DNA of 64,000 nt. It comes from Lytechinus pictus (taxonomy: Eukaryota). Position 1 is the first letter of the stretch. Each line of letters begins with the position of its first letter. The stretch lies in contig NC_087249.1 of the NCBI RefSeq assembly GCF_037042905.1, positions 8,744,001-8,808,000 on the forward strand. Reading direction: 5' to 3'. The notes beneath the pieces were generated by a model. It was not told the DNA's origin. It was given only the letters and a program-made list of their open reading frames with translations, and ran no database searches. This document shows positions 27,301 through 40,009 of this stretch, one piece after another. The position numbers and the translations under genes were made by a program.

Positions 27301-27638
27301 TATAACTCTAGCCTTGTTAAACTCTTCTAATCTTCTAAACAATTGCCTACCTTCCCGAAATCATACAATTTGTTTTGCAGACTGTCATAATCCATTTCTT
27401 CTTCCGACGAGATGACAATAAAGAATGTGTTATCTCAATCTTTCCTCAGCTGAGGCTGCTTTACGAGTGCAACCCGATGGCATATGTGATCGAAAAGGCT
27501 GGAGGGAAGGCTATCGCTGGTCAGGAAAGGATTCTGGACATCCAACCAACGGCCATTCATCAGCGATGTCCTGTTACCATGGGTTCCATGGAGGATGTCG
27601 ATGACTTCCTGACCATTGCACAGAAACACTCCAGCTAA
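18172..27638 (+). CDS. FBP1: fructose-1,6-bisphosphatase (class I), 6 coding exons, 337 aa
   Basis: join(18172..18341,20315..20570,24939..25079,25660..25797,26481..26600,27450..27638) = 1014 nt. Motifs: [65 protein letters not shown]. Confidence 0.97.
18396..19170. mobile_element. two adjacent inverted-repeat elements in FBPase intron 1
   Basis: ccaagtctgcgca / tgcgcagacttgg (~18404-18846) and tcttttgaaaccgaccacc / ggtggtcggtttcaaaaga (~18874-19162). Confidence 0.6.
20315..20570 (+). CDS. FBP1: FBPase exon 2
   Basis: [19 protein letters not shown]...[29 protein letters not shown] boundaries. Confidence 0.96.
21188..22329 (+). mobile_element. Helentron/DINE-1-like non-autonomous element carrying ~120-bp tandem repeats
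   Basis: Subterminal inverted repeat gtctcacctgca (21192-21203) / tgcaggtgagac (22296-22307); (GGC)n run; about 7 internal tandem units; T-rich ends. Confidence 0.7.
22641..23234 (+). mobile_element. 5'-truncated L2-clade LINE with (TAT)n tail
   Basis: [12 protein letters not shown]...[12 protein letters not shown]...[12 protein letters not shown]...[17 protein letters not shown]; tatctttg direct repeat at 22633-22640 and 23235-23242. Confidence 0.88.
23322..23736. mobile_element. palindromic MITE-like repeat of cgtcta/ggtcta subunits
   Basis: Inverted arms; same family as 17175-17770. Confidence 0.65.
24939..25079 (+). CDS. FBP1: FBPase exon 3
   Basis: [31 protein letters not shown]...QLDP; ttacag / gtaag. 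Confidence 0.95.
25450..25622. mobile_element. short palindromic MITE-like element
   Basis: tttcataaagctgtt...aagaacgactggtgatcctttcttgtg versus cacaagaaaggatcaccagtcgttctt...aacagctttatgaaa. Confidence 0.7.
25660..25797 (+). CDS. FBP1: FBPase exon 4
   Basis: [28 protein letters not shown]...KKFPE; tgtag / gtgagt. Confidence 0.95.
26481..26600 (+). CDS. FBP1: FBPase exon 5
   Basis: [40 protein letters not shown]; tgtag / gtaatt. Confidence 0.96.
27450..27638 (+). CDS. FBP1: FBPase exon 6 (terminal)
   Basis: [19 protein letters not shown]...QKHSS*; cctcag acceptor, TAA stop. Confidence 0.96.
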   Translation: MRLLYECNPMAYVIEKAGGKAIAGQERILDIQPTAIHQRCPVTMGSMEDVDDFLTIAQKHSS

Positions 27639-30600
27639 GGGACGATCTCATGGTGGATAAGTTAAGAAAAAAAAATAAAAATAAAATGTAGATCATACAT
27701 TCAGTATTTTGTTCTTTGATCCCAGTGGTTTTTGACAAAGTGTAGAGTGTGACAATATGGCAATAGAATGATAACCCTACTTTGGTGAAAACCCCTTCAC
27801 CAAAATCTGTTTGGGCTTTTTTTAATCCAGAAATTATAGGTGAAGAATTATGTAGCTGATTAATGTGTGAGAGTCATCAATGGTTTTCATATCACAGATA
27901 ATGTGTCTCCTGTGAAATAATTTTTTTTAGTAAAGAAACCTTTTGTTTAATGTTCATCTGGTAACAATTAGATTCCTTCAAAATGTTGGGTGAATCATCA
28001 GTGATTTTACAAACTGGCACAAACCTTGGCTGGTCTCCAAATCACAATTTTGAGATAATCGCATTCAAAGTATCGGTGCTTTTCTAATGCTCATAAGTCA
28101 TAACTTCATGCTTTGAAAGAAAGCAGAAAGCTGGTTTGTGCCACTTTGTAATATTAAAGGAGGGGTACTCTTTAAATACAAATTTTGATCTGAAATTTGT
28201 TCATTTTATCTGTATAGTCAATGATGGACTTTCAGAATATTAATAAACTCAGTTTTGAAAATTTGACCAAAAATTAGGTTTGTGTTAGTTCGTAAAATCA
28301 CTGACGAAATGACGAGAACATAGTAGAGGGGAAATTATACCACGTTGGTACGATAGAATACTTTTATTGGTGTTCGAATCTTTTTGTAAAACAACCCAAG
28401 CTTCCTCCTTTGGCAAAATTTGACTAATAAAATTGCAAAGTGAGAAAGACATGGATGCATGTAAGTCATGCATTAATGAGACACTTCTGTTCAAGTTCAA
28501 AATGACAAGCATTTACACATGTTCCACTTTAATGTACAGTACGTATGAAAATTTAATTTTCTCAATTTGGAATGGGAAATGAAAGATCCGTGCTGCAATA
28601 TTTGACGTGCAAGCCGGGTTTTGGTGTACTACTAATGGGATTGATGCGACGGCCAGTCATGTAATTTTTAAAGTGCTATTTATAATGTAAAGCAGTCATC
28701 ATTAGTCTCTATCAGTATAAATGTGATGAATGGTTCATTACTGTGCCATAGCAAAATTTGCAATGCTTTTTAACCAAAGTTTTATACTATTACACTGCCT
28801 CTTGAAATGATTTAAAATTATTTTCTTAATCCCTGAAATCTGGTTTTCATTGATTATATTCATTCTTGTTTGATTATTGGTGTAAGTTTGTTGCTGTTGT
28901 AAAACAACACTTTATGAAGAAGCTTTAAAATAGATAAATGATTCAGCCTAATTGTAGGATCCGGTTGCTTGAATTGGTCTTTGCAAGGGAACTACTTCTG
29001 TATTGCTGATTTGTTATGAAATGCCATATTAAACAACTTGTCTTACATTATCAACATATGAGTTTATGTATTCATACAAACTGTTCTTTTTAATATAACT
29101 GTATAAACTTGTCATGATCCAGATCTATAAATAATTGTACATGCAATCTATGTATTTCTCAAAAGTTTAATGATAATTTTACAAACAGCACCCCATACAG
29201 CATTTCATAATAAATCAGCAATATGAAAGTCTGTCCCAAGAAAGGGCCCTCTCTTGATACTGGACCCAACTCTCTTGAATTGACAACAGTTCTTCCCTTG
29301 TTTAGAATCTTTTTGAGTAATCTTAATATTATTTACTTCGTCAAGCTTCCTTCGTTGGTTCTTTTAAGCTGTGAAACAGAATTTTATTTTTAATAGTATA
29401 GTATACAGTATCTCATGTTTTACAGAGATCATATATCCAAGATTATCCTGGGCATAAAACACAATAACTTCAGCAGTAATACATGTACTTTAAACACATC
29501 TTTTCCTTTTGTAAACTTTATGTTGCTTAAACCACTGCCCTTGTTATATACCCAGTATTCCAGTATTGCCATGGTAGTCACCATAATGGCAAAGTTACAA
29601 CAGTTGTAAGTCCTTTATGAAACGAGCCCCTTGTCTAAAGTTGTGGTTTAACCATGGAAAATCTATTGTGACAGGTATCTCTTACAGAACAAGTTCAATT
29701 ATCAGATCAAATGACACTCAAATCATTCATAACCGACTGTGAATAATTACTGAAATAGTTCTCTTCATCTTCATCTTCATGAGAGAATGAGCCAAGTAAA
29801 GATAGGAAACGTATAATGTAATTGAATTTTGAAATGTTTGGCTTCCCATAATTTCATGAAGAGTTTGACCATGGCCAAATTTAAACCAGAATTCAAGAGT
29901 ACAGGCCATGGACCATGGTCCATCAGACTTACCCTTACTTGGAATTCTGACGATTTCAGATGGTTTAGAATTACTGGTGTGATTTGTGTGTAATTATCCT
30001 CCATGGAAAACATTATTATAAAGCAAATTTACATCAATTAGAGTGCTTTGTGATTGTATATAATTTTCTTTAAGTTTTTAACTTTTATATGAATAAAAGG
30101 AGATGAGAAGAAATTCTAGAGACAGGGCTAAAAAGGAAACAGTTGTCTAGCAATCATCAAATTGGTATCTTTGTCAGTTGTAAATCTGGTTGCTTACTTC
30201 AAGATATCTTCTTGGTATCTTTAAAAGTGAGAGAAATTCCAATTTGTAGATATATGTCTGCTATACTTGTGTATGCCCTATTTTTTTTTAAGAATAGAAA
30301 TGATCAAGGCTGAAAGAATGTTTTTAAAGACAGGATTCTTTAATATCTGGGAATTATATGAAGCAGTGTTATGAATTTTCATGTGGCATAGTGGCAATCC
30401 CCTTATTTAAATTATATTTCTTATACAAGTAGACATTAATAATGGCTTTTGATATTATTTTACTGAAATATTTGATCAGCCGAATTTACCTTTGTAATTA
30501 TGTGCCATTTTATGAATTTAGGAGCATTTAGTGATGAGAACAATTATGTTACATTCCTAGTAGTAGTACATAAAGTACATAATTGTGATCAGAAATGTTT

Positions 30601-30880
30601 ACAAAACCTTAGAATTTTGGTTTCCGGCAATGAGACAAGCTATCACTTGTAGGTCTCATGTTACATTGTTCACCGATTTATCGCATGATGGCTTTCAATG
30701 ATTGATTTACACATTATGGCGAGTGCATTCAGATGTAAATAATGATCAATTGCCAAGTTTTGTGTAACAGCGTCCTGAGAAATGTTATCTCTCCTTAGCT
30801 TTGCTTTGGAAATAAATCTTCATTCAGATAGATGCGACTTCTTTCACTGCTACTAGTAGTCTAGTTCTAGATGATCTTAA

Positions 30881-31056
30881 TTGAATTCTATTCTCACATC
30901 TGACGTAATCCTGTGCGTATGCCGAGCCGAGTGAGCGCGTTAAATCGAGAACCTGTACACCTAAACAAAAAATGTTCACTCAGACAGGTTCTTGGTTTTG
31001 CGTGCTCACACGGCTTGGGGTATGCACTGTACATCGGATGCGAGAATAGAATTCAA
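30881..31056. mobile_element. short inverted-repeat element
   Basis: ttgaattctattctcacatctgacgta / tacatcggatgcgagaatagaattcaa. Confidence 0.6.
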
Positions 31057-34000
31057 TTAAAATCTTCTAGAACTGGACTATGCTGCCAGCAGCAATCATT
31101 TGCTTAGAGTATGCTAAACCTTGAAATCAGTACAGTTTATGAATGCTGGATAGTTGTTGCCAAAGGCAGGGTAACGTATAACGTTCTTGCAGTATTTCAT
31201 GTCTATTTTGCCCGAAATTCATTGAATAAATGAAGATTAAATATCTAATCAGACCTGGTGGTATTGTGGTTATTTGGAATTTCATAGCATTCATACAGCA
31301 GTCTTTGTAGCTCATAGTATGATTGATTGATTTTTTTAATTGCTGTTGAATTCTCTTTCATGCAACATAATATTTTTCTCGTGAATTAATCTACATGGAT
31401 TTGGTCCTTAGGGAGTATTGCATCTTAGCCGATTGATTTGTTACAACTTTTCACACCTTTTTATCGCAAAAAAATTCCTTTCGTTTATTTCTATCTCTCT
31501 CTCTCCTCCCCTTTTATTAATACCTTCTCCCTTTTCTTTCTCACATCCCACCATCTGTATTGTCCTTTTGTATTGTTCTCTTTTTCTTGTTTCCCCCTCT
31601 CCCCACCCCCTTCTCTTTCCACTTTACTTTCCCTCTCACCCCCCCCCCCCACACACACCTTAATTCTCATCTCATTCTTTCTTTTTTCCTCTACATCTTC
31701 CAAAATGCAATGAATCAAAACAAAGAAAACACAGTTTGATCAGATCACCTTTCTTTTAGTTAGAGCATAGTAGAAATTTATTGCCCATGCCGATACCCTC
31801 CTGAGCAAAACACAAAATGAAAAAAAAATCAAATGACAAACAGAAATACTACAGCCACCGATGGGAAATTGGTGTATATGAAAATAAAATCTTTCTTGCT
31901 GCCATATCTTTCCGGATTCTAGCTTCGTGCTTTAAAGACAGCGTGATTTAGGCAGTGAACAGAATGCTAACATGGTCATCACTTACACATGAAATGATTT
32001 CAAAGACAGAGTATCTGCGGGCTATTCAACCTCGCATCTCAAAATCAAACAATTTTTAGGACAGTTCGCAAAAAGCTGTACTTAAAAAATATGGCAATGG
32101 TAGTAACCTTATTTGTCTGAAAATGGTCTTGTAATCCCTGTAGTAAACTCTAGGGAAAAAGGTTGCCACTGATGTCATTGCTATAAAAATAGACCCTACC
32201 TGAGCTGTCCTCAAATTTGTTTTTTTTTCTTTGTGGAAGGGTGTTTGAACAGTCAATCAATGATGGCAATTATTTCATATTTTTTCTTGTGCAAATTAAA
32301 TGACAATCCAATAATTTTGAAATTCTATCAGAAATGGAAGAGATTTTGTTTTCTACTTTCAAACAAAACACTGAAAGAAAAACAAATCTTGGCCCTATTT
32401 CATTAGCACAGATCAAACAAGTGAAGGGAATGTAAGACAAATGTGCTCTCAACAAGTCGTCTGTTTTAGAGGACCTAAACATGTGTGTCCTAAAACTTGG
32501 TCAATGATGCACAAAAATAAAAGGGATTTACTAGACCTCTGTTTGGGATAGTGGTGGATATAATGCAAGACAATTTCCACTTGCATACAAAATAGAAAGA
32601 ACAAAATTTTGCCCTGTTTCCAAGTTCTTGTTACCAATAACAAAGGAAATCTCAGAAAAAAAAGTGCTCTCAACTAATTGTGTTGCCTTATCCTCATGTA
32701 GTATTATAGTAGTAGTAGACACATGATACTGCCAAAATCAAATATCTGTAATACACATCTCAAGATTCACATCAAATAATTAACATAATTGTTTATAATT
32801 GTTAATTAAATTTTCTTAAAGGATGAAGAAACCTCACTTCCATGAAAAAAAAAATTTGTAGAAAGAGATCGATTGGATTCGGTATCCACAGTGATCTAAA
32901 TATTTAGTTATGTTAAGTACAATTTCGTGTTACGCTTTCCTACAAGTAAAAGAAATGTTCACCATGCATATCAGAGAGAATATTCATATATCAGTAAAAT
33001 CTTATAATTCAGTATTTGATTTTTTTTTAATATTGACATTTGTTGATTAACACTGCCCCTTTTCAACAATGTAACTTTAAATCAGAGAGACTTACAAAAA
33101 CCTGGAAAACGACACAAAAAAGTTATAGAAACAGACCAAACAAATACGTTGGTAAAATAAATCAATCTCTGTACACAAAGACGTCATATTTAGCGAGAGT
33201 ATAGAATGTTAAAGGTTTATGAAAACAAGGAAAATTGCTTTGTTTTTCTCTTCAAATTACACGGGTGTATAAGTGAAAAATACGCTAGTGCATGACAGAT
33301 TTTGCACTGAACTTAGCCTTTTAAAACACAAATGCTCAAAACAAATGTGGGGATTGAGACTGAAAAATTGCATTAAAAAAATTATATTACGTCATGAATA
33401 AAAGTCATCAATCAATAAATCTTGTGTTGAGAATCCTATTTTGTCTTCGTAAAGAAAATTGTGAACACTATAAATTGAAATGTAGAATCAGGTTGTATAT
33501 AAAACAAGAGGATAAAAATATGAATGTTACTTCATCAATTTATGAAAAAAAATATGAACAAAAGTCTGCATCAGAAATGTCACCAGCTGAACAACATATA
33601 TTCAAAATATTTTCATAAGTTCGCCAACACGCATGATTTCTTTTAATTGTCCAATTTCATGGCATAATTATTCACAGATTCATAATCAAAAGTAAACCAT
33701 TTCAAAGTGCTCTTGTATGTGGACAAGTGTCAAAACACTCGGGGCAATGAGTAATAAAATTTGACATTGCATACAATTTACTGTACACTGTTTTAATGTA
33801 AATGTACATTTGTGTACTAGCTTACACAAGTATGGGCTAATACAGTATCAATATCTGGACATTGGAGACAAGTTTGCTTCAGAATGTTGAATATGCAGAG
33901 GCATATATAAATCAGAAAATAAAATTGTTAATTAATTATAAGAATCACACACACACAACAACAAAATTAAATGTCCAATTCAGGCATTCATACCCATTTT

Positions 34001-35224
34001 TTTAAAGACTGCCCAACAAGCAAACTCTTCATACTCAAATTGTTTTTTAAAAAGAGAGAAAATAATTTTTTTGTGAAAAATGCAGTTCAAACCTTAAGAT
34101 CCAGATGAAAGGCTTGAATTGGTTAGACCAACTTAACCTTTCAAATATAATGAAATGACTTTTCATAATCCAATCACTTTCTTCTTTGCATTGTACTAAT
34201 TTTGTATATGTTTAGAATATATTTTAAATATGTTAAATCTGTTTGAATATATTTTCATTTCTGAAAATTTCTCATTTCTCCCGTTGAGCAGTTTGTATGA
34301 CAGTCTGGTCTTAACATTGATTACAGATCCCAAATGATAACATGTTATGGCAGCGCAGATCAACATCATTGTTTCTCAGTCTAACATAGCTTCCATTTAC
34401 AAGTGCATACAGAGACATAATTTAGCGCTCAAAGAATACACAGTCCTTTCAATAATTAAAATGCAATAAAAAGATTAAAAACTATCATGATACTAGTATA
34501 ATGTCAAGATTGCAACTGTCCGCAATTCAGCAACAAAAAAACATTACTTCTCTTCCTCTTTCCTCGCACGTTAAACTTTGTTTGAAAGACTAACTGTAAA
34601 TATATGAAGACTTAGTCATTTATCATCATCCTATGATATCTAAATACATGTTAGGAAAACACCCCCATGCACTTTACATTCTATGCATTATGCAATATAA
34701 TATATTTATACAATTTACATCACTTCAAAACAAACATAACTATATACAAGGAGGATTGTAGAAAATATATACAAATCGCTACTTAAAGATAATTAAACTA
34801 TGTCAAGCAAGCCAAAGCATTGCTTCATAGCTCTATATAAAGTACTACTGACTGGACATGTTATGTACTTACAAACTTTGGTTAAATTGTGCACAGAGAT
34901 CGGTATATTTTCTTGAAACTTGCTACGTTTGCACACATATGCTGAGCATATTCAATAAATATATATGTATATAAATAACATTCAAGTTTGATGCATAGAT
35001 GAGAGAGATTAATAAAAACAACTCTAAAATTTGACAATTTCATAATAAAGACAATGTTTTTTTTACTTACTGGAACGCATATGTGAATAGAATACATCTT
35101 ATCACAAAATCTTGAATGAAGCATTTGACCAAGTTCTCTACACTTTCCATTTTTAAATAAATACTTGGAAATATAATTACTCATAAATGGCAATAATATC
35201 CATAGGCAGCTACCAGCATTATAC

Positions 35225-35402
35225 CAAGCATTCCGGCGACTGACTGGAATACTCCCCAGGGAGTGGAGGATGTGCACACACTGTGTGCGGGAATGACTGA
35301 TTGAATCCGATGACCGGGGTAATAATATATCTGTAAAGCGCTTAGACACGTCGTTCCGATGTATTAAGCGCTATATAAAAAATGGATTATTATTATTATT
35401 AT
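35225..35402 (+). mobile_element. SINE-like 3' fragment with L2-type tail
   Basis: Homologous to 40743-40915 on the opposite strand; ends tattaagcgctatataaa...(tat)n. Confidence 0.65.
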
Positions 35403-37494
35403 AATTTCATAAGGGTAATTTTCAGCAATGAAAAATAAACTGTAATCTTAATGTACTATTTTCTCACCATTTTCATAATTCCTATAAATAGTATTTTTTT
35501 CATTAGTTCCAAGCTGACAGATAAAAATCATTTTCATAAAATAATGATGATATCCAAAATTTTCACATTAAAATTCTAATGTTGGAGAGAGATTTAGCTT
35601 CGGATGTCTTAACACGGTGAAGACACGAAGAGAAAAGAGGAAGTAACGTGGCCGTGATTGATCAACTAGGCGTAATGCTCGGGTCAGGGAGATGGATCAC
35701 CGCGCAAGAAATTTTGTGTGTGTTGTTTTTGGTTTAATCATTCATCAGAATGAATAGCATATTTTAAGGGATATATCCCAGTTATTAAAATAAATTTACA
35801 TATTTAATTTATGTTTTTAGAAAGTAGAGAAGTGTAATGATTTATTATATAGCTGGAGACACCAAGTCGATTTGAGAAATATAATTGAGAAATTCCACAC
35901 AAACATAATACTGACAATTTCATCAAATTTGAATACAAAATGAGAAAGTTATGGTCTCTTTATATTTTATTTTTTCACATTATAGTTGCATGGACAACAA
36001 AATTAGAATGCGAGTGAGGGGCAGCTCATGATGTCATACTTTCACCATATATTTTGTATTTAAAAGAATCAAAATCTTCATTATCCTACCTTTTTTAGGT
36101 ATATAAATATGAAAATAATTAAGAAAGTAAAATATTTGATATTCGATATATTAATATAGAAATAGTGAGTGTGTGATGTCATAATTCCCCTAATTATGTT
36201 GTACATATAACTCATTGTAAAACATAAGCAAAACATGAAAATGCCAAAACCTTTCTAATCCTACATCTGATTTCGATGAAATTTTCAATAATATGCTCAT
36301 GGGATTTTCCTCTGCTCATTCAAATCAAATTGATGTTGGGGTGGATTTGGCATTTAAAAAAATCGACAGTTTTACAAGCAACATGGACTAATTGAAACAA
36401 CCTAATTTGGCTTAAATGATTTGTTTTCAAACAAAAGGTAAACCTGACTATATTTGATAATACATCTTCAAGTATGAAGGTTTATAATACCATAAATGAA
36501 AAAGCACAGTGACAACTTAAGCTTATTTAATTTCAACATTTTCAAAACCAAGAAAATTCTTGTAAAAGTACATATACATGTAACTCACAAAATATATATC
36601 ATGATAATGCAATAAATTTCTTCAAAACATCTGCTATTTATACATTGCTTTCTAGAAGACTATGTGAATCATTTTGATTAATAAGGCAGATAGAGTGTGT
36701 TATACACATTATTTACATGTCATACATTTTTCAGTTATTCATCAAAACTTCTTTTTTTTTCAAATCAACATACTCGTTCTACATTACCTTCTCTATAATT
36801 CTTAAAAATCTGTCCCATTATCTTGTTTAGAACTTGTCAGCAGCTACATATTTGCTTCACTTCATGACATGTCACCTTTGATATTTGATTTATAACAAAA
36901 TTAAAAACCATTATGGCTTTCCGTACTATCACAGGAGAATAAACAAACATAAAGTTGCACTGCTTTATGCGTTTTTTTATCCATTTCCTAGAATATCTCA
37001 GCAAAATAATCAAAACTCAATTTCTTAAATACATTATCTATTCAAATAAGTAAATGGATTTCAGAGACAGGGATTTGTTGTACTAAAGTGTATCTATGAT
37101 ATCTCAACTGGAATGTCATATCTCACTATACAAGTTCAATACCTATGCAGGGCATATTTCAATATCATCTAAATAAACACCTTATTTTATGTCATATTGG
37201 AGGAATCATCAGATAGAGTACAATTTATTCACTTAAAAATGGAATGTTTCGAAAAGACAAAAAACAAATATTCACACAGAGGAATTAAAAATATTCAGAA
37301 AAATAAAACTGCAACAGCACACATGGATGATGTCATAATAGAGATAAGATGCAAAGTAGTATACGAGCAGGCTCTGAAAAAAATAATGATTCGCAGTTTT
37401 CTAGTTTGCATAACATGAAATGTCTTACCATGAATTGGTTTGGCAATGATAATACATGTAGCTTTCCATTTTAGGACACTAACTGCCAATGGCT

Positions 37495-39717
37495 ATATGG
37501 TGGTTGGATGGATATACAAAGGAGCAGAATTTTGCAAAATGATTTTAAGGGGAATCCAGATACCTTTGAAGAGGTGGTACTCTATGCTGGGAAATCGGAT
37601 AGGGGTTTAAGTGGATTCATTTTGATTGTCCTGTGTTTATCAATGATATCATGTTGTATTAGATTTTGGGTTTCATTTAACTTTTAGGTTATCTGTATTC
37701 TCCCTAAAGATACCTTTTGGGAGAATCAAGATATCTTTAGGGAGAATCCAGATACCTTTAGGGAGAATCCAGATACCTTTAGGGAGAATCCATATACCTT
37801 TAGGGAGAATCCAGATACCTTTAGGGAGAATCCATATACCTTTAGGGAGAATCCAGATACTTTAAGGGAGAACCCAGATACTTTGAGGAAGAATCCAGAT
37901 ACTTTTAGGGAGAACCCTGATACCTTTAGGGAGAATCCCGATACCTTTAGGGAGAATCCCGATGCCTTTAGGGAGAATCCAGATACCTTTAGGGAGAATC
38001 CAGATAATATTAGGGAGAATCCAGATACCATTAGGGATAATCCAGATACCATTAGGGAGAATCCATATACCTTTAGGGAGAACCCAAATACCTTTAGGGA
38101 GAATCCAGATACCATTAGGGAGAATCCAGATACCATTAGGGAGAATCCATATACCTTTAGGGAGAACCCAAATACCTTTAGGGAGAATCCAGATACCATT
38201 AGGGAGAATCCAGATACCTTTAGGGAGAATCCAGATACCATTAGGGAGAATCCATATACCTTTAGGGAGAACCCAAATACCTTTAGGGAGAATCCAGATA
38301 CCATTAGGGAGAATCCAGATACCATTAGGGAGAATCCAGATACCATTAGGGAGAATCCATATACCTTTAGGGAGAACCCAAATACCTTTAGGGAGAATCC
38401 AGATATCTTTATTGAAAATCCAGTTGACTTTAGGGAGAATCCATATTACTTGAGGGAAAAGACAGTGCGAAGATTATTTCCAATCTGATTCTACCACCAT
38501 TAGCCATGGAATGCCATCCTCAATCTGTTTTTATTCCGATCACGAATTACAGGTATATCAATAAACATTCCTTTGTAAGTTCAGAGGTCAGTCTGCTTTG
38601 CATATTAACAGGTTAGTCTTGGACATCAATGAACCCTCATCAGTGTCAGTTCCATCATCTTTAAAACAGCTCCAACCACATATGGTGGTTGGATGGATAT
38701 ACAAAGGAGCAGAATTTTGCAAAATGATTTTAAGGGGAATCCAGATACCTTTGAAGAGGTGGTACTCTATGCTGGGAAATCGGATAGGGGTTTAAGTGGA
38801 TTCATTTTGATTGTCCTGTGTTTATCAATGATATCATGTTGTATTAGATTTTGGGTTTCATTTAACTTTTAGGTTATCTGTATTCTCCCTAAAGATACCT
38901 TTTGGGAGAATCAAGATATCTTTAGGGAGAATCCAGATACCTTTAGGGAGAATCCAGATACCTTTAGGGAGAATCCAGATACTTTAAGGGAGAACCCAGA
39001 TACTTTGAGGAAGAATCCAGATACTTTTAGGGAGAACCCTGATACCTTTAGGGAGAATCCCGATACCTTTAGGGAGAATCCCGATGCCTTTAGGGAGAAT
39101 CCAGATACCTTTAGGGAGAATCCAGATAATATTAGGGAGAATCCAGATACCATTAGGGATAATCCAGATACCATTAGGGAGAATCCATATACCTTTAGGG
39201 AGAACCCAAATACCTTTAGGGAGAATCCAGATACCATTAGGGAGAATCCAGATACCTTTAGGGAGAATCCAGATACCATTAGGGAGAATCCATATACCTT
39301 TAGGGAGAACCCAAATACCTTTAGGGAGAATCCAGATACCATTAGGGAGAATCCAGATACCATTAGGGAGAATCCAGATACCATTAGGGAGAATCCATAT
39401 ACCTTTAGGGAGAACCCAAATACCTTTAGGGAGAATCCAGATATCTTTATTGAAAATCCAGTTGACTTTAGGGAGAATCCATATTACTTGAGGGAAAAGA
39501 CAGTGCGAAGATTATTTCCAATCTGATTCTACCACCATTAGCCATGGAATGCCATCCTCAATCTGTTTTTATTCCGATCACGAATTACAGGTATATCAAT
39601 AAACATTCCTTTGTAAGTTCAGAGGTCAGTCTGCTTTGCATATTAACAGGTTAGTCTTGGACATCAATGAACCCTCATCAGTGTCAGTTCCATCATCTTT
39701 AAAACAGCTCCAACCAC
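37495..39717. repeat. tandem duplication (1185 + 1038 bp), each copy containing a 21-bp minisatellite (tagggagaatccagatacctt)
   Basis: The unique flanks of the two copies look identical; the lengths differ by 147 bp = 7 units. Confidence 0.92.
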
Positions 39718-39889
39718 ATCTGCAACATGGTTGCAGATGTTATCTCCGTGCTTATCATCAGGATTGTCTGCTGGTGATGGTCTAATTCTAATTTCTAATG
39801 TCCTCTCTGCAGCATTTCTTGGATGACCTTCTCATCAACCTTACTTGGTGACCTCTGGTTGACCTCTTGCTGACCTTTGTAGTTGACCT

Positions 39890-40009
39890 TTAGATGATAC
39901 GGTATGACCTGAGGGATGCAACGGTGATGTATACAACCCAGAGGAGGCAGAGAAAGAATCCAGTCAACCACTTGGTCACCTTTTTACCCCCTAACTCACC
40001 TCCAACAAT
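39890..40009 (-). CDS. NCX terminal exon
   Basis: [39 protein letters not shown]; tttcag acceptor. Confidence 0.93.
   Translation of the reverse strand: MVGGELGGKKVTKWLTGFFLCLLWVVYITVASLRSYRII

Noticed and set aside
37718..39493. CRISPR-like repeat array
   Set aside because: The units are head-to-tail with no unique spacers, there are no cas genes, and the context is eukaryotic.
37726..39526. Long ORFs (RENPDTF)n, (VSGFSLK)n and (LGRIQIP)n on both strands
   Set aside because: They result from a 21-bp unit that is stop-free in several frames. There is no splice or domain evidence and they lie downstream of the NCX stop.
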